Assembly (NCBI GenBank): GCA_013265495.1
Contig: MU057487.1
Location: 248,001-312,000 of the forward strand
Reading direction: 5' to 3'
Length of the DNA: 64,000 nucleotides
Source of the DNA: Vicugna vicugna
Lineage: Eukaryota
The translations under genes and the position numbers were made by a program. The notes below the pieces were generated by a model, which was not told the DNA's origin, ran no database searches, and saw nothing but the letters and a program-made list of their open reading frames with translations. Shown in pieces: positions 1 through 12,580 of the stretch. The first letter of the stretch is position 1. Every line of letters starts with the position of its first letter.

Positions 1-111
1 GTAATACCCATTCTATCCTATCTTATCAATATGATTTATTTACTGATCAATTTCCCACTCTCATATAAACCCTCTGATCAATTTGCCTTTCTTTAAGCAT
101 CTTATACTTGC

Positions 112-330
112 CATTAGCAGGAGTACTTCTAAAACGCTCTTGTTGTAGCATCCAATTGACAGCCTCTCTTTGGTATGGTCTCAACACAGGAGTCAGTGCA
201 GGATGCTGGACATTCACGTGGATGGACTGTGTTTCTTGCTGATGCGTTCGTTTCACAAAGTGATAGAGCTCATCAATGTCCTGTCCCTCTGGCTCACTCT
301 CTGAATCTTCCTCATCCTCTTCCAACACAT
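112..330 (-). CDS. SHPRH: SHPRH third coding exon (219 nt): acidic stretch plus start of the SNF2 ATPase domain
   Basis: Acceptor ggatgtacag|AT at 331/330. Phase 1 joins the previous exon (G+AT=Asp) and reads DVLEEDEEDSESEPEGQDIDELYHFVK...LRPYQREAVNWML, where LRPYQ is the helicase Q motif. The exon ends AAT G|GCAAGT, a GC donor. Confidence 0.9.
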
Positions 331-2213
331 CTGTACATCCAATAACAAATGTACTCAAAACAACGTGATCCACATTTATGACTATAAGCAATTCTTACTC
401 CAAGAATACACCATGTACTCTCCCAACTCTGGGGCCTTGCTTAGTGTGCTTTCTGACTGGAAGGCCCTATTGTTAGTTCTTCACTGATCAAAAATCTACC
501 CATCCATCCTTTCTTTATGACAATTCAACTGATTCTTTTTCTATGGCATTTTCTTCTGTTTTCCCTGGTCAGAATTAGTATTCTCCTATGTTCGTGCAAT
601 AGTATTATACTTTGGATATAGCAATACATTGCAGTCTGTCTGGTAGCACAATCATTTGTGCGTATTCATCCCTTCTCCACTGAACTGAAATGCTCTTTGA
701 CAGCAAAGGCTGTCTGTTGTTTTTATAGCTCCTCAGAGCAGCTGGCATGTATTTTATCCATTGCAGATATTTAACAATCATCTGAGGAACTGAATGTGAA
801 TATCTTTTGCAGTTTATAAAAGGATAATTTATTTCACTTTTACATGTTAACATAAAATCTATATGCAGACAAAATTTTCTGTATCTAATAACACAAGGCT
901 TCTCATTTTATTTCTTACACTAAAAAGCATAGGTATCTGGTAGTAGCAGCAGCCAATCAGAATATTAAGGGCTTAAGCCATCAATATAAATTTGTAAGAA
1001 TTTCAGATTCATTTGTTGGGTACAATTGCCCTGTGGAAGAAGAATCACGCCTATTATAAAAAGAAAAACATTTTCAAACTCTTGAACTCATTTACAAACC
1101 CCTTTAGCCAATGGTTTATTTCTCAATGGTTTCAAATAGGTCTATACATATTTATAGGACACACCTCATATGCTCTAAAATGAAGACTACCACAAAATAC
1201 ATAATTTACTTTTTTCAATTAAAAATATGCCATAAGATTATGCCATGTAAGATTTTCAAAACTTTACAATTAATGTATAGTTATATATGCCTTGTTATTT
1301 CAGACTGTTACTATAGGTGTATAATCTAGTAATAACTAAATTTGAAGTTTTCTCTTGAAACCCTTTGAAGTTTTCCTTTGAAAAGTTCAAATTGTATTAC
1401 TTTTAATAGGCAGAATAATGGAATTCTTATAAAACTCGAGATGTACTTAAAAGCATTCCTTCCAATTCTGAAACCAGTGATTTTCCTTAAGTCTTTAACA
1501 TGCATTTACTATTATTATTATCATGAAGCTTTGCAAAGAACGTACTGCAGAAATAACTCAATAAACAAACTTAGAAACTGATTTCCCAAAGATTCCAGTA
1601 TAAACATGTTCTATAATTTGCACCTGAAGTAAGGCTCACCCACCATGAGCAGGACTTGGAGAATTTGAGCCGTTTTTCCAATAGCGTTTGTTGATGGGCT
1701 GCATCAAGCCATCCACACTCTCCCTTGGGAACCAATGGCAGACAACTCTGAAACTGCAGTCCTGACCAAGGATGCAGCGTCTTGCCAAGAAATAGTAGTA
1801 AAGCTAACTGGTCTTTATGGGGAGCAGGCTCTTGAGATTATTTGCCAGACTGCAAAGGAGAGGTGGAATAAAGGCCAGCCAAGATTATCTGGCCATGACA
1901 AAATAAAAGCACAGGAATAATGCAAAAATTCCAATCAGCTCAGATCCCTTTAAATTCTGCCTATTGACTTCACCAACATTTCTTGAGTACTTACTATAAG
2001 CTAAGAACATTATTAAGTCAATAAAATAAAGAGAAAAATTATAGTACTGGGGTCATTTCAGATATGTATTATTTTGTCATAAGTAATTTTATGGAGGTTA
2101 TTTAATTTTATTATGGTTTTATTAGCTGTTTTTCTGGTTGTTATGTATAGGAGTTGGGGGAAAACCCACAACTCCTTAGTAATAGAAATTTTAAAGTTTA
2201 TTTTAAAAATTAC

Positions 2214-2343
2214 CTGGAATGACAAAATTGTATAACTTTTCCATCACTCTCTTCATGAGCTGATTGAACTTTTTCATTCTTGAATTTGCATCACTCAGAA
2301 AATCTAGTTTCGCTAGGCCACCTTCCAAAAGATAAATTCCAAC
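2214..2343 (-). CDS. SHPRH: SHPRH second coding exon (130 nt)
   Basis: Not in the ORF track. Acceptor tctttgtag|GTT at 2344/2343, donor CCAG|gtaatt at 2214/2213. Translates VGIYLLEGGLAKLDFLSDANSRMKKFNQLMKRVMEKLYNFVIP and is in frame with both flanking exons. Confidence 0.92.
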
Positions 2344-2659
2344 CTACAAAGAATTGATCAACATAAAAATTGCTTTGATTGTACTACATCATTTTTATGA
2401 GGATATAAGGAAAACATTTTTTATCATCATCATTTTTAAATGTATTCACAGTATTTACCTCACAAACACTAAATATACATCTACCAAATTGTCCTCAGAT
2501 ATTTTTGCTTTCAATAAAAAATTCTTTCTACAAATGCAGTGCCTAATATATGTGAAGCACCGCTGAAGTAGCTAGAAAAAAATATTTCCCTAACTGGAAA
2601 ACGAACCTGGGAGAATGTGATGAGAACACCAATTCTGCCTCCCAAATCAATGATTTCCC

Positions 2660-2772
2660 AACTGGATGATCATCAGAATTATCACTGAAGTTGGTTACAA
2701 ATGCAGATTCCCCCAGAAGATTCTGATGCTCATGACAGGACTCTTAAGTACAGTTAGTTTGGGAATCCCTAT
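2660..2772. mobile_element. MER5-like hAT-Charlie DNA transposon fragment
   Basis: Motifs catcagaat...aaatgcagattccc...gattctgat...agtttgggaatccct typical of MER5. Confidence 0.5.
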
Positions 2773-3629
2773 TACTAGATCAAACACTAAAATGTACAGG
2801 AAAACAGAACTTTATTAAGGTTATATAGCTTAATTCCGGTGAAACAGTGTAGTATGAACTTTTGCAGTCAAAATACTTGAATTTTAATACTGGCATTGAT
2901 ATTTTAAGAGCTAAATGAACAAACAAAATGACTGATTGATTTTGACCCAAATGTTCTCATTTGCAAAATGAAGATAAGCCTATATGAGATAGCCTACTGA
3001 GTACAATTTTAAGACTTCCTAAAGATAGATAATCAATAAACACAGTTCTTTTCATTTCTCTATATTATCCTGGCCCTGATTCCCTAATTACTGAGATTCT
3101 CATATTCTTTCCCTGAAGAACAAGAATCAACTAGTGTTATACAGGAATAAGTGGCAAAGATTCGTTTTCATTATTATTTGTATTCTGCCTTGTGTTTACC
3201 TAGAGATGGCATGCTATAGCAGCAGTAAGTGTTTAAGTATTCATAAAAATCAGGATCAGGAAAGACAAAATAGATCAGGACTTGGTGTGTGGAAGAAATG
3301 GATAGAACACAAGCATACGAGCCATGAATTTCTACATACTTGTTATCACTGAGCCACGATTTTTGGCACTCACAGTTAGCAAACAGAGGGGATGCTTGGT
3401 TGCACAGTTAGAATGTCCAGGAGAGAATTAATTACAATCTAATGTTTCTAAATTTTTTCCTTTATTTCTGTCAATGCTGAAATTATAAATAAGGCTATCA
3501 TCATAACTGCTTTTTAATGTGAGAAATGTGTAACACACAGGTCTCAACTGAACAAGTTGCATTTAACATTTTAGAATTTCTTTTCCAGTTTTAGCATGAA
3601 GGCCTATTAACCTGCTTCACAGTTTACCA

Positions 3630-4450
3630 AGTACATTTATTTGTTATTTTACCTGATTCTCAACACAATTGTATGAAGTAAAAAGAATGAGTATTATTTA
3701 CATTTCAAACAGAAAGAAGCTGAAATTAAAGCATTTAAATGATTCACATAAAATTATTCAGCTAGCTAATAGCAGAGCCTGAAATGAATTACACATTTAT
3801 TCATTCATTTACTGAAAATCTGTTTAGCACCTGGTACTTTACTGGGCTATAAAGATAAAAAATTTCATAGTCTAGTGGGGAGGAAAGATCTAAAATCTAA
3901 GTATACAAGTGACCAAGGCAAAAATAAGCATAAATGTCAGATATTATAGGGGAAGGGCATGTAACATCATCCATGGAGTTTAAGGGATGATCTCCCTAGA
4001 TGAAGTAAACTCTAATGACCAGGAGTTAGGACTGAAGGGGAAAGGAACAATCCAGGCGGAGGGAAGTGAGAGAGCAAAAGGAAAGATACAGAAAGACAGC
4101 AGGGTGTCTGCAGGAAACAAATCAATGTGTAGTTTCTGAACATAAAAAACAGAATGATAAAGGAAGAGGTGAGGCTGAAGGAGACAAAGGTCTATCAAAG
4201 GAGAGGCTTCCATGCCATATTATAGTTAATTCTGTAGGAGGTAAAGAACAGAATTCCATTTGCATTCATAGAACACCACCCCAGACACAAAGGACATGAC
4301 AGAGTTGAAGTGGTAGGCAGGACTTAAAAAATCACTACAGGAAGAGAAAGAGATAACAAGAACCAAAACAAGTCACTGAGAGTAGGGCTGGAATGGACAA
4401 ATCAGGAAGATCTTGAAAAAGGACAGCCTGGAGATAATTAGCTATAATAT
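3630..4450. mobile_element. MIR followed by L2 remnant
   Basis: MIR core (attattttacatttcaaacagaaagaagctgaaa...cagctagctaatagcagagcc), then the L2 3' end ttcattcattta...tttagcacctggtact and a purine-rich L2 body. Confidence 0.55.
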
Positions 4451-4610
4451 ATATTTTTTAATAGTTACTGAATGACCTAAATAAAGTATATGTTGACATT
4501 TAATAACCAGAAGCTTATTGCTGGCTTTTCAAGCCTTCCTTCTAAGTTAATTTCAAAATGGGCTCTCTAATGCCAGAAGAACCTTAAACACCACCACAGA
4601 AATTGAGTAC

Positions 4611-5249
4611 CTTGACGATGTGATTTCCTTCGGGCTTTTGGTAAAGTTTTATTCTTTTCTTCTTCTGCAGCCATCCCAAATCTTCTAACATTTCACCACT
4701 AAAGGATGATTCCACTTGAATACCCTTGTCACAAATGCGGATTGGCTCAGTGAGTCCTCTTTGTTGTTTCTCTGTATCTTCACTTTCTGAATGAACACAC
4801 ATCAGGAACTGATTGCTTGACTCGGAACTCATCAGTGTAAAACTCTTTTCAGAAAAATTTTCAATTAAACTCTGACCAGCAAGAAGTTGAAGAGTAAATT
4901 CTCCTAGAAACGCTTTCCAAGAATCATCAACGTGATAGGGAGAAATGACAATATTCAGCTTTATAGACAAAGGGGAAGAAATGCCACCAGTCTCTTGTTT
5001 AGCAATTGATTTTGAGATGCTCACTGCCTCTGAACACCTCTTCTTATCTCTGTGAGCCTCTTCTTCCTTTATACCGTCATCTAGGATGATGCAATGAGCA
5101 GAGGAGGAGTCCAAACCCGGGCAGGGGTGCTCATCATCAGTCAAGGTGAGAGGTTCATTCCTTCTGTCCTCATGCATATTCCAGCAAAGCTGCTGTTGCT
5201 TTTCCTCATCTATCTTCACTGGAGGAGCACGTTTCCGTCGGCTGCTCAT
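4611..5249 (-). CDS. SHPRH: SHPRH first coding exon (SNF2 histone-linker PHD RING helicase, E3 ubiquitin ligase), 213 codons
   Basis: ATG at 5249 gives MSSRRKRAPPVKIDEEKQQQLCWNMHEDRRNE, the recognisable SHPRH N-terminus. Donor AAG|gtactc at 4611/4610 (phase 0). Likely acceptor tgtttgtcttctag| at 5277/5276, leaving 27 nt of 5'UTR in this exon. Confidence 0.93.
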
Positions 5250-5739
5250 TTTCAAGTTTTCTTGTTAATGTGAACTCTAGAAGACAAACACAACAGTAGG
5301 CATTCCAAGAGATGATTTTAGTATTAAAGTATTCTCAGATGAGAAGTTCAGCATATGGTAATAATCCTACGGATAACATAAAAGGTATAGAGAGATACAT
5401 AAAGCAACATATAATTTTTTTTAATAAGTCAAATACACCTATGGAACACATTCACTATAATCTCATGTATCATATAAATTCCAATGGTCTTCTTGGTCTT
5501 TTATAGATAAACTTAATATAGATAATTTGTTGTTTAAAATAAATTCTAAAAATATTCTTAATGAACAGTAAGATAGTAAGGTAAATCTCAAACAGCCTGG
5601 AAATGCTTATTTGAAAAGTTTCAGTAACATTTAAATTCATATCAAAAAAAACCCCACAAAAAAAAATTTAAACTCATATCACCACTACATAATTTCAATT
5701 GTTTTATAATCTTAAAGGTTTAAGAACTTTACAAAACAA

Positions 5740-7800
5740 TCAACACCATCACATCCTCAGGGAGATATATCGTTTTCATGAAATAGAAGCAGGAAGTCAT
5801 AGAGAATTCACTTGTAGACCCACAGTACACGAAATGTTAAAGAAGTCCTCACACAGAAGGAAAATAATATTAGATGGAAATTTGAAGCCACAGAAAGGAA
5901 TAGAAAGCATTATGAATGAGAAAAGTATGGTAATAGACTTTTTCTCATTTTTACATTTTTAAAAAAGATAACTGCTTTTTAAAAAATTTTACTCTTTTTA
6001 TTCTGAAAATTGGCAAGTCTACATAAAAAGAGAGCAAAGAGCAGAGTAGTATAATCATAGAGATATACATACTGTGTACTGTGTTTGTGGGCTGGAAGAC
6101 TCAAGATGCCAAAATGTCAATTCCTTGATATTGATCTACAGAGTCAAAGTAATCCCATTTAAAATCCCAACAGGCTGTTTTTGTAGAAACTGACAAGATG
6201 ATTCCCAAGATCTAGAAGAGTCAAAATAATTTTGAAAAAGAAGAATAAAGTTGGGAGAATTAACACTGACCCCAGGACTTAGATGAACAGTAATCAAAAT
6301 TGTGGCAATGATATATATAAAGACATATGGTCCAATGGAAGAAAATAAAGTGCCCTGTAATAGCCCCCATATATGCACGGTTAACTGATTTTTGAAGGAA
6401 TTCAAAGGTAATCAATGAAGAAAGACTATCCTCTCAAAAAAATAGGTATCTATATGCAAAAAAAAATGAACCTTAATTTTTACCTCCCATCACATATAAA
6501 AACTAACTCGATATGGATCATGAACTGAAATATAAGCTAAAACTATAAAAACTTCAGGAAGGAAAGAGGAGAAAATCTAAGTGACACTGGACTAGGCAAA
6601 AAAAAAATTTAAATAGGACACAAAAAAACAGAGGCTATAAGAAAATGATAAATTAGGCTTTAGTGAAATTAAATAATTTGGCTCTTCAAAACATTGTTAT
6701 GGAAATGAAAGGGGAAGCTGCAGATGGGAGAGAATATTAGTAAAACAAATATCTGATGAAAGACTTCTATGTGGAATATATAAATAACTCTTGCAAACCA
6801 ATAGTAAGACAATCTTATTAAAAAATGGACAAAAATTCTGAAGTCATTTCATCAAAGATGATCTGTAACGGGCAAACAAGCACACGAAAATATCTTCACC
6901 ATCATGTCATTAACACACTGCAAATTCAATCCATAAATCACAATGAGAAACTATATATCCACTAGAATGGTGAAAATTTAAAAGACTGAGGATGCAGAAC
7001 AACTGAATCTGAACTCTTAAACATTCCAACAGGAAATGTCTGTCAATTTCTTATAAAATTAAATATACACTTTCCGCACAGCCTAGTAATTCCACTCATA
7101 GGTATTTACCATAGGTATTTAAGATAAATTAAAAAAAAAACAGAATGGTAAAAAAGACTTAAACTTGAATTTGTTAATAGTAGTTTTATTAACAGAAGCC
7201 TAAAACTGGAAACAACCCAAATGTCCATCACCTGATGAATGGATAAACAAATGGAACTCCATGACAAACTACTGGTACACACAACAACATGGATGGATTT
7301 TTAACACATTATACTAAGTGAAGGAAGCCAGATGTGAAAGACTACATGCTGCATGATTCCATTTGTGTGAAATTCTAGAAAAGGTAAAATTCTAGTGATA
7401 GAAAGCAGATTAGTGGTTACCAGGGGCCAGGAAGTGGTAAGAGGTGACTGACAGCAAAGAAGCAGGAGGGAAAGTTTTGGGGTGAAAAAAGTGTTCTACT
7501 GGTGATCATACGATTGTACATATTTGACAAAACCCATCAAACAGTATATGTAAAATTGTTGAATTTTATTATACAAAATTATACCTTAATAAAACTAATT
7601 TAAGAAGCAAAAACAAAAAGCTGATGCAGGAGGGATTTAAAAATTGCAAGAGAATATTATGAATAGCTTTATTCTAATAAACTTGAAAATCTAGATATAA
7701 TATGTAATTTACTAACAAAATGTAGGTGAATAAAATTGGCCCAATAAATAGAAAATCTGAATAGAACAATAACCATAAAAGAAACTGAAGTAACATTACT
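5740..7800 (+). mobile_element. Old L1M fragments (ORF1 end, ORF2 3' part, 3'UTR) in SHPRH intron 1, antisense to SHPRH
   Basis: Degenerate L1 motifs ggaagactcaagat, aaaactggaaacaacccaaatgtccatca and tactaagtgaaggaagccag, and a 3' end ttataccttaataaaa near 7590. Confidence 0.8.
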
Positions 7801-7914
7801 TATCTACCTAAAATCTACCTCATTTCCTTGTTGACAGAACATTTCTTACTTAGGAACTTGGTGGACTTGTTACTTAAAAGGAGAATGGTTTCCTCTGTAG
7901 CCCCAAGGGAGTTG

Positions 7915-8106
7915 TGCAGTACAGTAAGGTTGCCACAAGTTGCATGTGGCTATTTAAGTTAAAAAAATTTTTAAACTTAGCTCTTCATTCTCTCTAACTG
8001 TGACACTCAAGCACTCAAAAGCCATATATAAATAGTGGCTACTGTACTGGACAGTATAAATATAGAACATGCTCATAATTCCAAAATGTCTATCAAACAG
8101 TGCTGG
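7915..8106. mobile_element. MER3-like hAT-Charlie MITE
   Basis: gccacaagttgcatgtggctatttaa...tcaagcactcaaaagccat...agtggctactgtactggacag...aacagtgctg, the characteristic MER3 internal palindromic motifs. Confidence 0.6.
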
Positions 8107-8369
8107 TTTAAGTCAATCATGGGAACATGAGAATTCCATTCCCTTAACCAGTTCTTGGTTTATGAATAAACAGGTGGTGGTCTATAATCAACCTCTGACG
8201 ATAGTTAACTACTTTCCAAGCATCTTATCTCCTCTATTATTTTGGATAAGAGATCAGAATAATATAGGAAGTCCCTAATAACCTAAGTGTTTATCTCTGC
8301 CGAGCTCTTCTCCAAGCACAGCCTGGAATATTGGAATTGGGTCACTTTACTGAAATTAGGCTACACCAG

Positions 8370-8785
8370 TTTATCAGTTAGCTATTGCCATAAACATGCT
8401 GTATAATAAAGTACCCGAACTAAATGCCTTGAGATACAGGTTAGCTGAGGGTTGGCTGATCTAGGCTAGGTTTCTGGAGAAGCAGTTTGGTTCTGCTTAA
8501 CGTGGTTCTCATCCTTCTCCTGGAACCAGCAAAATAACCCAGGAATGTTCACCAGTAACTGAGGTGGAAGAGTGTAAATCCAATCATATAACTACTTTTT
8601 GAAATATTTGGTCATAGCAAAACCACAAGGGTTCTGTGGGCCAAAGCAAGTCACATGGATGAACTCAAAGCCAAGAAATGGGTACATATACTACACTTCT
8701 TTAGGGGTGAAACTGCTCATGGCAAAGAGTGTGGATATGAGGTAGGGCATTGGGTCAGTTACACAATCTGTGACGCCAGCCACAG
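8370..8785. mobile_element. Old MLT1-type (ERVL-MaLR) LTR remnant
   Basis: Starts tatcagttagctattgc; contains gccaaagcaagtcacatgg and ends acaatctgtgac, which resemble MLT1 motifs. Confidence 0.5.
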
Positions 8786-9099
8786 TAATATTAATAAAAT
8801 GGAAGTTATGGAATCATTAACTCTAAAAGCCCAAAAAGCGACTGACTATAGAGTCTCACATCTGCAAAGCAATGTGGCTTACAGGAGAGAATGTGGGCTT
8901 TGAACTTCTAGATTCTAATTCTAGCTTTGGCATTTACTGTGTGTCGCCGGGCTAACTACCTAGCCTCTCTGTGTAAGTACAGGAGCACAGCAACAGAAAC
9001 TTAGCATATATTCAGTAAGTGGTAGTTGCTATTATCATCACCCTGAGAACACTATGAATAATAACCAAACGTTAAAGTGGCAGGATGGGGGACTAGAGA

Positions 9100-9286
9100 G
9101 CAATGTGTTTCAAACCTGACTGTGCTTTAGAATCACCTGGGGGAACTTTTTAAAAATCATGATGCCCTGGTAGCTACCCCAGCCAATTAAACGATAATCT
9201 CTGGGGCAGGGCCCAGGCCACTACCTCTGTTATTTTTCAGGCTCCCTAGCTGATTTCAGTGTGTGGTCAAGTCTGAGAAACCTGTG
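9100..9286. mobile_element. MER5A/B-like DNA transposon
   Basis: tttcaaacctgactgtgctttagaatcacctggggga...ccaattaaa...aatctctgggg...tgatttcagtgtgtggtcaagtctgagaaacctg. Confidence 0.7.
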
Positions 9287-11639
9287 GATAGTCAGCTGCC
9301 TAATAAAATCCAGTTCTTTCCTTCCAAAGTATAGAATAGATGGGAAATGTCTCCTCAGCTGGTGCTGCATCTGTAATAGTCCCATAATCAGTTCTAGCCA
9401 ATCAATTGTGAACAGAGGTTAATATATGCCCTTTCCCTTACAATTTGTAAAAGAGATATTACTGAACCAGAATACGTTCCTTCAATGCTTTATTTTCTCT
9501 GATAAGACTCATTCAGTATCTTTTAAATTATATATACCACTACAATTTGCACATTCTTTCAGATGTTTGCTTCCAACTTGATTCTTCTAATATTATAGCC
9601 TCAAAGTATTTACCAGTTACGATAAGTTGAAGAAAAATAAATACCAGGATTTCTAGCAAGGCTCTCCTTTTGTTCAGTTCTCTACCGAGCAAACATTCAC
9701 GATCTACCTCTCGCCCCACCTCAGTTACCCAGGCCCCATCATCCTGTTTTGGGTGACTCTTTGTCTAAGAGATCTCTATCTAGGGATAACTCTTGAACCA
9801 AAGTAGATATTAATTGATCAAAGCTACTTAAAACCATAATGTTAGCTGGCAGCTAATGAGTCAAGTACTGGTAAAATTCCATATATCTCTAATCATATTC
9901 CAATTCTAAATCCTTCTCCTTGTTTTCCTCATACCACATGAATCCCACCTATTATGGTCCTGCTTCTTTTTCCTCCCCCTTTAAATATCAGTGTTTAGGT
10001 ATAACATGATTATATGCAGTTTCCTCTGTGGACCACACTTTTACTGTTCCACATTTAAATGTAAATAGCCTGTTGCCTGAAAAGCCCTTTCACATTTTTC
10101 TGCCTATCACTGTCCTAATATTCCCTCAAAACCTTTTATGAACAGGTATGCTGAGTTAAGGGCCTCTCCTCCTTGATCCCAACTGATAAAATGTTCTGAC
10201 CTGTTTGACTCTGAGCTACTTGAACATTGGGCAGGAACAGTATCTTATTCAGCATTGAAATCCCAAGGCCACGTCAGTGCCAGGATGTAAATGATACGCA
10301 AAATAATGTGAAACAAAGATCTCTAACTCCCTGAATATCCTTTCTCTTTTAAAGGACCGTACAGTACTTTGCTCAAATTTCCTTTTGGACAAGTCTCTCT
10401 TAACCACATTCTAAAAGACTATAGGCAGTGTAAAACTACTATTTAATATTTCTGGCCCTGAATGAGACTGAGAAAACTGACCAACCGGTTTCTTTAACAG
10501 AAAACAGAGATAGACTGCTAGAAAAATAAATATAAAATGTTAAGTTACTATGACAGTACAAAAAATTCACTAAAATTAGTTCAGATTTTTTTCCCCTCCA
10601 AATTATTATCTCTTCATTTAAAAGATATAGAAAAATCCTCAATTACAACAAATCCACGGAAGCCCTGGGTCTAGGCTATCCAGGGCAACAAGAAGTATAC
10701 ATTTGAGATATTGCTGTCCAAGGCAAGTCTTAAGCAAGTGAAGCCCAATAATTACTGATGACTGAAAAGTTCTGTGACCTAGCATTACCACAATCTTCTG
10801 CCAAACTGGTAACTCCAGCAGGCTGAGAGCATTTTCACCTGTTGAACTTTAAAATATTTGTTAGTTGCATATTCTTAGAAAACGCCCTCATAAGATTTCT
10901 CAGCAGCAGATTCTCTTTTCCCCAAATCTTTCTAGCCTGAACTCTAAGTAAAAAATTTGTTTTAGTAACTCTGCAAGAACAGTTCTTTAGCCTGGGCAAG
11001 AAGAGAATATATATAAATGGCATCTGCCAAAGGTAAACTATTTTATTCTCAACTGCCACCTTATTGGCTAAGTGGATCTTGTAAACTCTAGGAAGTGCCA
11101 GGTTATGCAATTATAGGAACTGCTCTGCTCACTACTAACCTGCTTCCAGTATGATTACTGATCATAAAGCAACTGGTCTTTTTGGTGGCAGTACAGATGT
11201 TATGGATCATTTCGATTCACGGGAGTTTCATCATTCTTGCTATTATACAACTGAATAATTTAAAATAGCTGTAACAACTTAAAATTATTTTTTTGTTCAG
11301 TTACAGCCTCAATTTAAAGAAGGAAAATATCAAACATCTAGGATTTCTACCTCATGGCCACTATCAAGTCATTTAGAAAAACGGCACAAGCTTAATGGTC
11401 ATTATTTAATAATACTGTTTATCTGACAGCGACCGTGAATCATCAGAAAACATATCTTGGTTCAGAAAACTAGCAACTACCACCGAGCCAACATGCACAA
11501 CGTGCAAGGGTGGTTTTGAATGCGAATGTATTTAGTCTGACTCCAAAGATAACTGAGAACTTTCAGACTAACTTAGAAGCCTCGGTCTCCCCTTTCACTA
11601 TATCACAACCCCACACACCAAAAAGCTAGGTAGCTGCCC

Positions 11640-12580
11640 AGTTCCAGCCTCGAGGGGTATATCGGCGGCGAATGGTGATATCCACTCGGTTTTCTGCCGA
11701 AAGACTCAAAAGCGGTTCGAGGAGTCAGAACAGGGCTGTCAGCACCGATCGCTCGACGCAGGCCGGGCAAACAAGCCACCGCGAGGCGGAGGAGCGCGAC
11801 TACCCAGGTAGCCCCTCGGCCTCGAAAAAAACACCGCAGGCCCGAGCCCCCCGCGAGAAGCACAGCCACCTTTTCCACGGCCCCACTTCGTCCCAGGGGA
11901 GCCGCGGCGGTCCAGAGGCCCGCAGGTCTGGGATGGGGAAGGGTCGAAGAAACTCGCGCTGCTGCTCCCTCTCAGCCCTGTAGTTTCCCGGGCTCCAGAG
12001 CAACCGAGTCCTCCCTCCCTGGGATCTCCGTCTCCGTCCAGAGACGTCTTCTGTCCCTGACCTCTGACCCCTGACCCTCCATCCCCCAAGCGCCTACCTA
12101 GACTCGTTCTCCAAACCCCTAGAGCCTCTTTGCACCAAGGCCCGGCGTCCTCTAATGTCCCCGCAGGTCCCGGGCACGCACTCGCCACCCACCGAACATC
12201 CGCCTGAGGTGGGCACGCGCGGTCTGTGCTGGTTTGTGCTGAGGTTCCCGGGGGGCCCAGAAACCACAGCTCCGGGGTGCCGGGCGCGCGCTGGAACGTG
12301 GGGTCAAGGTGAACGCGCACGTCGGGGAGCCCGCCCCCTTTCTCCCGCAATGGCTTCAGGAGTAGCTTCTGCGCAAGTCCACAAGGTTAGAGACCGAGGA
12401 TGGATACGGTTGGAGTATCGCGAGAGCTCTACGTCAAGCCACTAGAGAACACGGGATTGGCTGAAACTTCTAAGGGGGAGGCGGGACTCTAAGCGGATTT
12501 AGAAGAGAGCGGGGTTTCTGGTTTGAAGCGCGTGAGGGTCTCGGCTGAAGAGAATGAGCTTCGCTTGAAGCGAGTGATAG
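11640..12580. promoter_or_regulatory. SHPRH: CpG island, SHPRH promoter
   Basis: Sharp rise in GC and CpG content ~6.4 kb upstream of the first coding exon. Contains TATCGCGAGA (12416), TACGTCA (12430), ATTGG (12456) and a GC box GGGGGAGGCGGGAC (12474). Confidence 0.88.
12098..12380 (-). other. SHPRH: Candidate non-coding exon 1 of SHPRH (TSS approximate)
   Basis: Good minus-strand donor TAG|gtaggc at 12098/12097. TSS inferred only from the CCAAT and GC box positions; other donors near 11.6 kb are possible. Confidence 0.4.

Noticed and set aside
1735..1920. Plus-strand 61-aa ATG ORF (MADNSETAV...)
   Set aside because: No recognisable homology, promoter or splice context. The block is better explained by minus-strand splice signals.
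5250..5255. TTG start called by the ORF track for SHPRH
   Set aside because: The in-frame ATG two codons later (A at -3) matches the known MSSRRKR N-terminus.
11603..12445. Overlapping ORFs up to 203 aa in the SHPRH CpG island
   Set aside because: Mostly non-ATG starts and G/P/R/A-rich low-information peptides, expected from stop-codon scarcity in GC-rich DNA.
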